This document shows, in pieces, positions 13,205 through 22,360 of a stretch of DNA of 64,000 nt. The stretch lies in the NCBI GenBank assembly GCA_051362555.1, contig CM120648.1:15682587-15746586 (forward strand), given 5' to 3'. Under the pieces are notes generated by a model. It searched no databases and was not told the DNA's origin. It worked only from the letters and a program-made list of their open reading frames with translations. Numbering within the stretch: position 1 is the first letter of the stretch; every line of letters starts with the position of its first letter. Both the position numbers and the translations under genes were made by a program. The stretch is from Lingula anatina (Eukaryota > Animalia > Brachiopoda).

Positions 13205-13222
13205 TGGCGCCCGAACAGGGAC
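13205..13222 (+). promoter_or_regulatory. Primer binding site complementary to the tRNA-Lys(UUU) 3' end
   Basis: TGGCGCCCGAACAGGGAC, the same 18-mer as the lentiviral tRNA-Lys3 PBS, 4 nt after the LTR. Confidence 0.93.
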
Positions 13223-14857
13223 CCGAGTAAACTCAATCGTGTGACTAGATTGGGATAGTGGAAGACTGCCCACATCACTGATGATGCCAATCAGATCATT
13301 GTCAATGAGAGAATGAGAACCTGGCTATCTGCATGGACGTGAACGATGTCAACAAAGCTCTGACGAGGCATTCGAGTCGGCATACGACAGAAGTGTAAGC
13401 AGAGTGTGTAATTGTTACGGCAAGTGGAGTCCAGTTCCGATGTCTACGAGACTGTAAAGGGACAACGCCCACCACGTCCACGTATTACGCAACGTGTATT
13501 GACCCCGCTGGCGAACTGCTAGTAACTGGAGCTTGGAAGGCGTGACCGGGTTCCGCAAGCTGTCTCATGTGGTGAAACCCCGCGACTACTGAAACTTGCA
13601 TTAAAGGACGCTGTTTTAGCTGGACTGTGTAATTTGAATCCCGCGGGAATGAACTGTGAGTAACAGACTGTGTAAAACAATCTATTGTAGATCTACTGTA
13701 TATATTCTTGTAAATATTTGTTACCCGTATTTTTCTATAATCAATATTTCGCTAGATTTAGCAGTTAGATGTAAATAGAGACTGTGATTTAAGTCTAATT
13801 AGAGAGGTTTTCTTATTCAGACTAAATATTTTTAGGATACGCAGCTTAACATTACAGTAATTGTTAGTTTTCTGTAGTGTTCAGGTAGAATATTCTGCAA
13901 TTCACCCATAATTACACAGGGATTGTTATATTTCTTGGTTAAGTAGTAAACGTAGTGGGTCGGCTGAGTAAACAGATTTGGTTGAATTTTGATATTAGTC
14001 TTTGGTTGAAGGCCGAAGCTAAGTGAAGTTGATCTCTGCTGTTGTTTATTAGAGTTCATTAGTGACTTCGTTATATAATTGCCAGTAGTTTATTTCTATT
14101 GCATTGTCATATATTCATTCATACTGCTGTAGTGATATTAGTACAAAGACATTTGAGTTTTGATATTATCATTTTGTCACCAGCAGTAGTATTAAAATTG
14201 GTAGTAAACTTTGTCAGTAACATTGAATCTGTGTATGCGTGTCAACACACATGTCCAATTATTAGGCGTTGTGATATTAGTTTGACATTGCTGTTAGAAT
14301 GCTGTGGGATTAATTAACTGCTTTTTATTTTTGCTTTCATTTAGAATTTTAATTTAAGTTTGTGACATTTTGTTGTTGTAGTCACATATCATTAAACTTG
14401 GTGAAGGTATTGTCGTTGTGGTCACGGGAAAAAAAAAGTGACATTAAACAGTGACATTAAGAAGTGATATTATATTCAAGCAGTAGTTAGAAGATAGAAT
14501 AATTAAATTGTGTGTGTTTATTGTATATAATTGCATACATTATTTTAAGAATTTGCATTGTTTATATTTTCAGGAGTAACTGCAAACACTTGTTTGTTTT
14601 CATTATTTTTTTCCAACCTATCAAGTCTGTCTAATTTCTAGTTTAAATTCTAGTTTGGGTTTTTTTACAGGGTCTGGGATTTTTGGGTCTAAATACAAAT
14701 CTTTGGGAATCATTTTTGTTCAAAGAACATGTCAGTCTTGTCTATGTGTTTTGTTTGTGTGTATGCTTAGTGTGTGTCTTAGTGTGTGTGATAGTGAATA
14801 GTTGGGTGCAAACAGCTGTTTGATTTTTTATTATTTTGTGTTAGACTTACAGTCAAG

Positions 14858-16264
14858 ATGGCGTCATCTATTATTCGCGCTAGGAGTGTAGCAATATCAA
14901 ATGTACCCGAAGGTGTTACAGATGACGAATTAAAAATGTTCATGTCGGATCACATGGTTTCTGATATGTCCGTAGTACAGAGAATACTTCGACCTGAAAT
15001 ACAAGGAGTCGTTTATGTAATTTTTGCATCCGCCAACGCGGCCGTGGAAGCGATAGATATTCTTAATGGAAGAAAATTAAAGGGTGGAAAAGTGGAAATA
15101 AGAAGAGTTTCCAAAACAGCTGAGAAAGATATACTTTCGCTTTTAGAGACAAATCGCGATTTATCGGTAGTTGACGTGATTTCCAGTTTTAAGAACATGT
15201 CCTTGAAGGAGGTGTCTCAGGTGGTGGACGCTCTTCAGTCCGCACTTACACCTACCTCCACTTCTAATTCTACTTCTACAAGACATGAGAAAACTTTTCC
15301 AAAAGTTTCAACACCAAAAAGGAGGCGTCTTCCTCAAACGCCGAATTCTGGGGTCAAATTTAGTCAGAGTCCTCGAGTGGAGGGTGTGCGTGAGAGATGT
15401 GCAACAAGTGTGCCTGAACTTGTGTCATATACCCACCCCCCTAGGTTACCTTTGTTTTCAGGGTTAAATGACTCTAAAGATGCAACTTACCGCCAGTGGT
15501 CTTATGAGGTAAGAGCCCTATATAGAGATAAACTGTACTCAGATTCAGTATTATTACAAGCAATTAGACGTTCATTGAAGGGTCCAGCTGCAGAAACGTT
15601 GTATAATCTAGGCGAGATAGTTGATGTGAATGACATTTTGACAAAATTTGATCATGTCTATGGTGATGTTCTATCTTCAGGGATTATTTTACAACAGTTT
15701 TACGCTTCTAATCAGACAAAAGCTGAAAGTGTAGCAGCTTGGGCTTGTAGACTTGAAGATATGGTTTCCAAACTTACTCTCAAAAAACCTCCTGCTGTTT
15801 CTGAAGATGGTGCTAAGTCTATGTTGAGATTGAAATTCTACAATGGTCTTTATTCTTCTTCAGTGAGACAATTGTTGAGACACAGATATGACAGCGGGGC
15901 AACTTTTGATGAGCTTTTGGTGGAAGCGCGAACAATTGAATTAGAAGAACAAGGAAGATCTCCCCTTACATGTAAAGTTCAACAATCTTCTGAGGCAGAG
16001 GATAAGATTGACAAGTTACTAGAGGTAGTACATTCCCTAAAAGAAAGAATGAGTGTGCTTGAGAGTCAATTAAGTACACAGAGTCGACAGAATTCATCTC
16101 AACCGCGAAGGTTTCAACCGGTACGTTTTACCGGTAGATGTTGGCATTGTGGAAATCAAGGACACCAACAAATAAATTGTCCTTCTCAAAACCATTTAAA
16201 CGAAAATCAGCCTGTCGAGCAGGGCAACAGGCAGGCTCTGTCTCGAAATGCCCAAAATCAGTAG
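14858..16264 (+). CDS. gag: Gag: N-terminal RRM, PNMA/Ma-type capsid, CCHC zinc knuckle
   Basis: 468-aa ORF. RRM signature (VAISNVP, GVVYVIF, AVEAIDILNGRKLKGGKVEI). Capsid motifs PRLPLFSG, YRQWSYEV, IRRSLKGPAAE, FDHVYG, QTKAESVAAWACRLE. Zinc knuckle CWHCGNQGHQQINC. Confidence 0.93.
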   Translation: MASSIIRARSVAISNVPEGVTDDELKMFMSDHMVSDMSVVQRILRPEIQGVVYVIFASANAAVEAIDILNGRKLKGGKVEIRRVSKTAEKDILSLLETNRDLSVVDVISSFKNMSLKEVSQVVDALQSALTPTSTSNSTSTRHEKTFPKVSTPKRRRLPQTPNSGVKFSQSPRVEGVRERCATSVPELVSYTHPPRLPLFSGLNDSKDATYRQWSYEVRALYRDKLYSDSVLLQAIRRSLKGPAAETLYNLGEIVDVNDILTKFDHVYGDVLSSGIILQQFYASNQTKAESVAAWACRLEDMVSKLTLKKPPAVSEDGAKSMLRLKFYNGLYSSSVRQLLRHRYDSGATFDELLVEARTIELEEQGRSPLTCKVQQSSEAEDKIDKLLEVVHSLKERMSVLESQLSTQSRQNSSQPRRFQPVRFTGRCWHCGNQGHQQINCPSQNHLNENQPVEQGNRQALSRNAQNQ

Positions 16265-19200
16265 CGAAACATCTTGTAGGTAATGCTAATGAGTTACCAG
16301 TTGTTTTTCAGGGTAAGGAAGTGAGGGCGTTGCTAGATACTGGTTCGGTTGTGAGTACAGTATCTTCTTCTTGTGCAAAGTCCTTTGATTTAGAAATTCA
16401 ACCACTCAATAACATCATAAAATTAGAATCAGCTTGTGGCAATGCAATTTCATATCTTGGATATGTAGAAGCATCTGTGAAACTGTCCGAGTTGGATGAC
16501 TCTACTGAACATGACTGTCTTTTTCTTGTAGTTCCAGACACGGAATACCATGCCAAAACTCCACTTCTTCTTGGAACAAACATCCTGTCTCTTTATATTG
16601 GTGTCAGTAGAATGGGAAATGGCGAATTACCAATGCCTTTGAAGTTGGTCCTAAAAACTCTAAAAAACCAGAGTTATTTACAGAATGCCACTGAAATATT
16701 GGGTAACGTCTGTGCTACCAAGACAATTGTAGTGCCTAAAGGTGAGAAGGTATTGATTAACGGCTTGTCGAGAGTAGTATCATGTCAACGTCTTGTAGCA
16801 ATGACTGAAGAAATTTCAGAATCTGCTCTACCAGGTGGGTTGATACTTTCTCCTAGTGTGCATGTGGTGCAGCCTGGTTTATCAACTCAAAAGATTGCAG
16901 TGGAAATTACTAATTTTTCCAACCATAGCATTACTATTCCCAATGGATCAAAACTCTGTAAGCTTTCTCAGGCTTCTATAGTACCTGCTTCAAAATCTTC
17001 ATCAAATTCTGTTGAAGGTGATACTTCTGATTCTATATCCTTTGCTGAACAGTTCACTGAGAACTTAAAGGAAAATCTTGATGAAAATCAAGTGTCTGAG
17101 GTGAATCAGTTGTTACTTGAACACAAAAAGGCGTTTTCTCTACATGACTTTGATTTAGGAAAATGTTCTTTGGTTAAACACAAAATCAATCTTGTAGACG
17201 ATGTCCCATTTCAGTCAAAACATTGTCACATTCCTCCTTCAATGTTTGCTGAGGTTAGAGATCACATAGCACAGATGCTGGATCTTGGTGTCATAAGAAA
17301 ATCTTTAAGCCCATATTCCTCTGGTGTTGTTCTAGTGAGAAAAAAAGATGGCTCACTACGCTTCTGCATTGATCTTCGGAAGCTAAATGCTAAAACAATC
17401 AAAGATTCTTACGCCTTGCCGAGAATTGACGAAACACTAGATCTTCTCCATGGTGCTTCGTGGTTCAGCGTGTTGGATCTGAAGTCTGCATATTGGCAAG
17501 TAGAGATTGAGGAGTCTGACATACCAAAAACAGCATTTAAGGTTGGTCCTTTAGGTTTTTATGAGTGTGTACGCATGCCGTATGGGTGTTGTAATGCGCC
17601 TATGACATTCCAAAGGCTGCTTGAGAGTTGCATGGGGGATTTAAATCTAGTAAATTGTTTAATTTACTTGGATGATATTATAGTTTTCAGCAAAACCTAT
17701 GAGGAACATGTAACCAAGCTGAGAGATGTGCTGAGACGATTGCAAGATCATGGGTTGAAACTCAAACCTAATAAATGCCGTTTATTTCAGCGGAAAATCC
17801 AATACCTTGGACACATTGTTTCCAAAGATGGAGTACAAACTGATCCAGCAAAGATTGAGGTTTTGAAGTCTTGGCATGTTCCAAAGTGTGTACAAGATGT
17901 GCTTTCTTTCATAGGGTTTGTAGGATATTATCGTCGTTTCATTGAAAATTTCAGTAAAATAGCTCGGCCATTGCATGAACTCACAAAGAACCAAGTGAAT
18001 AAAAAGTCTAGAAAATCTCAACAGAATTTCAATTGGCTTCCAGAACACCAGAATGCATTTGAAAAGTTAATAGATGTATGTACTAAATCACCCATCTTAG
18101 CATTTGCAGATTTCTCCAAACCATTTGAATTGCGGGTGGATGCCAGTAGAGTCGGTCTGGGTGCTGTGCTTTACCAGAATCAGGAAGGTCAAAACAGGGT
18201 AATTGCATACGCAAGTAGAGGTTTGAGACAAAGTGAAAAGAATTATTCCATTCATAAATTGGAATTTTTAGCGTTAAAATGGGCCGTCACAGAAAAATTT
18301 TCTGATTACTTGTATGGAAATTCTTTTACAGTTAGAACAGATAACAACCCATTGACATATGTGCTAACGTCTGCAAAATTGGATTCCACAGGTCAACGTT
18401 GGGTGGCAGAACTGTCTAACTACAATTTTAACATTTTTTATGTCTCAGGCAAGTCAAATGTGGAAGCAGATACTCTTTCTCGAATTAGATGGCCACAAGA
18501 GATCACAGTTGATAGTTGCCAAGCTATTTTTCATAGTTTTCAGATCCAAGAGCCATTAATTGCTGTTTTTCCTTGTTCAGAAAATGTCATTCCAAAGGTA
18601 CTGTCTGCTTCTGTTCAAATGAATCAGAAAAAAGATTGGATACAATTGCAAGAAGCAGACCCTGTTGTAAAAAATGTACGGGATATTTTGAAAGGTGTGA
18701 AGAAAAGAATGAGAGGGAAAGATATAGAAAGTAAGACTTTTGAAAGAAAGTTAGAGAGAATGGTGCTATATGATGATGTCCTGTATTGTACAAGACGATC
18801 TAATGATGGGTCAGTAACTAAGCAGTTAGTTCTACCAGAAGCCTTTAGAAAAGATGCTTTGCATGGTTGTCATGCCGAAATAGGTCATCTTGGAAGAGAC
18901 AGAGCTGTAAATCTCCTTCAACAGCGTTTTTATTGGCCCGGAATGACAAAGCAAATGTCTCAACACATTAGTGGTTGCTCTAGATGCATAAAACGTAAAA
19001 CGTTGCCCACTGCTCGTGCAGAGTTATGTTCAATTTCTTCCTCTGCTCCCTTAGAATTGGTCTGTATGGACTATCTTTCAATAGAGGATGGAAAGGGTGG
19101 AGTTGGGAATATACTAGTTATTACCGATCATTTCACGAGGTACGCGCAAGCATACCCCACGTCCAATCAAACGGCAAAGACTACTGCCAGAATCTTCTTT

Positions 19201-20016
19201 GACAATTTTGTGGTGCATTATGGCTTTCCCAGTCGTATTCATACTGATCAAGGCCGAAATTTTGAAGGAAAGATAATAAATGAGCTGTGTCAATTGGCGG
19301 GAATAAAAAAATCCAGAACAACACCATACCACCCAATGGGAAACGGCCAATGTGAAAGAATGAATAGAACACTGTTAGATATGTTGGGAACGCTAGATCC
19401 AACTCAAAAGAAAAGTTGGAAGAAACATATTGGCTCGCTTGTGCACGCCTACAATTGTACCCGTAATACTTCAAGCAATTTTTCTCCTTATTACCTGATG
19501 TTCGGCAGACATCCTAGACTGCCAGTTGATTTGCTTCTAGATTCTTTTCCAGAAAATGTCCAAAATTCCTCCCACTGTCAGTATGTCGATGATTTGAAAC
19601 AGAGGTTGAGCGATTCATATCGATTAGCAGCTGAGCATATTGAAAAAGCACAGAGAAAGCAGAAGAAACATTTCGATAATAAATCGAGAGGAAGTGTAGT
19701 GACGACTGGAGATCGTGTTCTTTTGCGTAATGTAGCTTTTACTGGGAAGCACAAACTCGCTGACCGTTGGCAGAAAGAGGTGTATATTGTCTCATCACAA
19801 CCGAATAAAGACATTCCGGTTTTTACAATAAAGAGAGAAGACGGTGTTGGGAAAACCAAAACGGTTCATCGTAATATGCTCTTGCCAATTTACGCACTGC
19901 CATTAGAGGAAGGAGAGTTACGTGAGGAACAGAGGAGAAAAATCGACTCATCATATCGTCCAAAGAGAAGTAGAAGAAAACCAGTTTGGTATAATGATAG
20001 CAACTGGGTGTTTTAA
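16138..20016 (+). CDS. pol: Pol polyprotein (protease, degenerate dUTPase-like segment, RT, RNase H, integrase)
   Basis: 1292-codon open frame. ALLDTGS protease; LRFCIDLRKLN and YLDD RT; DAS..GLGAVL/LEFLA/TDN RNase H; HHCC plus D,D(35)E integrase (MDY, TDQG, CER). Confidence 0.96.
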   Translation: MLALWKSRTPTNKLSFSKPFKRKSACRAGQQAGSVSKCPKSVAKHLVGNANELPVVFQGKEVRALLDTGSVVSTVSSSCAKSFDLEIQPLNNIIKLESACGNAISYLGYVEASVKLSELDDSTEHDCLFLVVPDTEYHAKTPLLLGTNILSLYIGVSRMGNGELPMPLKLVLKTLKNQSYLQNATEILGNVCATKTIVVPKGEKVLINGLSRVVSCQRLVAMTEEISESALPGGLILSPSVHVVQPGLSTQKIAVEITNFSNHSITIPNGSKLCKLSQASIVPASKSSSNSVEGDTSDSISFAEQFTENLKENLDENQVSEVNQLLLEHKKAFSLHDFDLGKCSLVKHKINLVDDVPFQSKHCHIPPSMFAEVRDHIAQMLDLGVIRKSLSPYSSGVVLVRKKDGSLRFCIDLRKLNAKTIKDSYALPRIDETLDLLHGASWFSVLDLKSAYWQVEIEESDIPKTAFKVGPLGFYECVRMPYGCCNAPMTFQRLLESCMGDLNLVNCLIYLDDIIVFSKTYEEHVTKLRDVLRRLQDHGLKLKPNKCRLFQRKIQYLGHIVSKDGVQTDPAKIEVLKSWHVPKCVQDVLSFIGFVGYYRRFIENFSKIARPLHELTKNQVNKKSRKSQQNFNWLPEHQNAFEKLIDVCTKSPILAFADFSKPFELRVDASRVGLGAVLYQNQEGQNRVIAYASRGLRQSEKNYSIHKLEFLALKWAVTEKFSDYLYGNSFTVRTDNNPLTYVLTSAKLDSTGQRWVAELSNYNFNIFYVSGKSNVEADTLSRIRWPQEITVDSCQAIFHSFQIQEPLIAVFPCSENVIPKVLSASVQMNQKKDWIQLQEADPVVKNVRDILKGVKKRMRGKDIESKTFERKLERMVLYDDVLYCTRRSNDGSVTKQLVLPEAFRKDALHGCHAEIGHLGRDRAVNLLQQRFYWPGMTKQMSQHISGCSRCIKRKTLPTARAELCSISSSAPLELVCMDYLSIEDGKGGVGNILVITDHFTRYAQAYPTSNQTAKTTARIFFDNFVVHYGFPSRIHTDQGRNFEGKIINELCQLAGIKKSRTTPYHPMGNGQCERMNRTLLDMLGTLDPTQKKSWKKHIGSLVHAYNCTRNTSSNFSPYYLMFGRHPRLPVDLLLDSFPENVQNSSHCQYVDDLKQRLSDSYRLAAEHIEKAQRKQKKHFDNKSRGSVVTTGDRVLLRNVAFTGKHKLADRWQKEVYIVSSQPNKDIPVFTIKREDGVGKTKTVHRNMLLPIYALPLEEGELREEQRRKIDSSYRPKRSRRKPVWYNDSNWVF
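16195..16246 (+). promoter_or_regulatory. -1 ribosomal frameshift signal (slippery heptamer plus predicted pseudoknot)
   Basis: T TTA AAC in the gag frame at 16195-16201, and pol is in the -1 frame. Stem GCCTGT(16210-15)/ACAGGC(16227-32); loop CGAG pairs with CTCG (16242-45). Confidence 0.8.
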
Positions 20017-20134
20017 TTAGCATATAGAATATTTATTTTATTTTTTGTAAATATTGTACAGAAAAAACTAATAAAATGGAAAAAATTGATGTTCCCTTGT
20101 CGTTTTGTAAATGGTGTGGAAACCATTTGTTGTT

Positions 20135-20146
20135 GGCGGGGGAGGA
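20135..20146 (+). promoter_or_regulatory. Polypurine tract
   Basis: GGCGGGGGAGGA immediately before the 3' LTR. Confidence 0.8.
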
Positions 20147-20604
20147 TGTAACATGTGTATGTATGATGTATGATTGTGGTTGTAGAGAAGTGCGTTCGTG
20201 ACTTATCGTTTGTGTCCGTGTGTCTTCGTTTCTATATAAAACACGCCCCTCTTTGTTTCGCGGCACATTCGTTTCTTGTTTCTGCCATGTTCACACACAG
20301 GTATGATAGACTTGATTGGTTTACTTTTCATTTTCTTTGTGTTTAGATTTTGTATTTCTCTAAGTTTAGTTTGATCATTTAAGTGCTTATCATTTATTTT
20401 CATCCTTATTTAGTTTAGAAATTTAGTAAGTATTTTTAGTTCATTAATGTTATTCATTTAAATTTTTCTAAGTTTGTTCAGTTCTGCATTAAGTTCATTT
20501 TATTTATTTGTAAATTATTAAAAGACATTCGTTTCTTGTTTCTGCCATGTTCACACACAGAGTACACTCGGGTTCGTAAATAAAGTATATTGAGAGCTGT
20601 TACA
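20147..20604 (+). repeat. 3' LTR
   Basis: 458 bp, near-identical to 12743-13200. Confidence 0.97.
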
Positions 20605-20975
20605 CATATATATACATTATAGGGTATCTAAACACTGTATTCTTAGAGCATGGCCACTTCGTGTGGATTTGACTTTTTTATATAACTCTGAACAGGTGTA
20701 AAATTGTAAAAGTAGGTCACTCTTTCTGTCAGTTACTATAGACCTCGCATGTTGCTTTGTCACATAACACACATAACAATAAGTAACAAAAACACTCTGC
20801 TAGAACGCACGGAATCTGTTAGTCCCGTTGTCATGTTTGAGAAAAAAATCTGTCTTACAGGGACTGGTTCACTGTCATGTACATGTACCAGAAGGTCCCC
20901 CATGACAGAAAGTCCGGTTTCTGAAATAACGGGTCCCGGACTCTGTATCATATGATACATAGCTAGGGTTGTTAA

Positions 20976-21198
20976 AGCCCCCTTTACACTGGACGGCGTC
21001 CTTTATGCGTCCAGCAGTACGGCCCCATTTGAGAGTTAAAAAATTATAATAATTTACGTGCCGACAACTGGCCGATCACTGAGCATTCATTCTGATACAA
21101 AATCAATGCTTGTGCCTCCTTATTAAGACCACAGCGATGCCAAATTTCATGGTCGCAGAAAGGACGCAGAAAGGACGCCGTCCAGTGTAAAGGGGGTA
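20976..21198. mobile_element. Tourist-like (Harbinger) MITE, copy 2
   Basis: Same TIRs as 2857-3076, with TAA at 20973-20975 and 21199-21201. Confidence 0.85.
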
Positions 21199-21457
21199 TA
21201 AGTGACCGTGGCGATATGATGATCACTGAAGCCCTTCCATTTAGACAAGCTTCAGTAAAGATCGAGGGCAACCTCGAGCCGCTACCCAAAAATATATCGC
21301 TTCTTCACTCGATATTTCTGCGTAGCGTCTCTCGGCAAACCCGAATTAAACCTAGACGTAGTCTAAAATTTCACGACTATATCTTGGTTAATAGATCATT
21401 CGAGGTTTCTTAAATGCTGGAAGTCAGAGAAAGCTAGATTGACCTTCTTGGCATCTA

Positions 21458-22130
21458 GATAATAGTGACGTTGCTTGCGTTATATATTTACCAGTAGAAA
21501 AAATTTTAATCTCTCACACTCTTAAAAATTTTGCATAAACCTGAAAGTCTAACAATTAATATTTGGCATCAATAGAATAGTGACGCTGCCTGCGTTATAT
21601 ACCTACCGGCAGACAAATTTAAAATCTTTCACACTCTTAAAAAATTAGCATAAACATTTAACGTTTAACAATTACTATTTATAATTTTATTACACTAAGT
21701 ATTCTCATATTGGTATGGTTTGAAAACGGGAATTAGTTTACATTTAAGCCGCACGTGCATACAAATTATTTGTAAATCTATAACTTTTTAACGATAGTTG
21801 TGATATTTACCTTTTGTTTTTAAGCTGTTCATTCTTCCTCTTTATCAGATATATCGGTAAAAATCAAATACCCCCCCCCCCCCCCCCCCTTTGAACGTTT
21901 AATTATATGTAGCATGCTTCATGCTCTGAAAACCAGCACATGTATATTCCGGAACCGCCTCGTAGTAAAAAACTGTCACCAAAACGTAGAATTATTACTC
22001 CTGGGGATTTTAAATAAACGTCCGTTTGATTTTGACTTTATTCCGTAACCGCCTCGTTGCCAGAAATATCTCCAAAAAGTAAATTTCTTTCTCCTTTGCA
22101 CTTGTGAAAAAATTAGTTTGACTAATTCCG
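21458..22130. repeat. Two pairs of diverged tandem units (about 117 bp and about 94 bp)
   Basis: AATAGTGACG.TGC.TGCGTTATATA...CACACTCTTAAAAA at about 21461 and 21576. TTCCG.AACCGCCTCGT at about 21947 and 22041. Confidence 0.65.
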
Positions 22131-22360
22131 GTCCGACGCTCCTTGTTTATCAGAATTGTCACTTAAAAGTAGAGGTTTTGCTTTGGGACCTTTTTTCTGC
22201 AGCAGGCCCAGCTAGGCGTGGCTGAGTTGAAACGAGCATGGTCAGTGTAGACGATTGATTTAAACCTTTTCACGACAGTAGAACGTCCATGACAAGTATT
22301 GAGCAAAAATTGACAAAATTGGTAAGACATTACGTAAGAATTTGGCGGGAGGTGAACGTG

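Larger units (their letters stand above)
12743..20604 (+). mobile_element. Full-length Gypsy/Ty3 (Metaviridae) LTR retrotransposon
   Basis: Two 458-bp LTRs (TGT...ACA), CATA target duplication at 12739-12742 and 20605-20608, PBS, PPT, and intact gag and pol in PR-RT-RH-IN order. Confidence 0.97.

Noticed and set aside
13205-13222. Retroviral or vector contamination suggested by the HIV-like PBS
   Set aside because: The context is a Gypsy element with a TSD in host DNA and no env; the match comes from the conserved tRNA.
13278-13395. CTGATGA and CTGACGAG, resembling hammerhead ribozyme cores, in the Gypsy leader
   Set aside because: I could find no properly placed GAAA with stem II and no cleavage triplet.
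20017-20134. env or extra ORF after pol
   Set aside because: Only about 120 bp separate the pol stop from the PPT.
21696-21713. TAAGTATTCTCATATTGG as the left TIR of the Kolobok-like element
   Set aside because: It is only partly similar to the right end and has no intact TTAA-GG junction.
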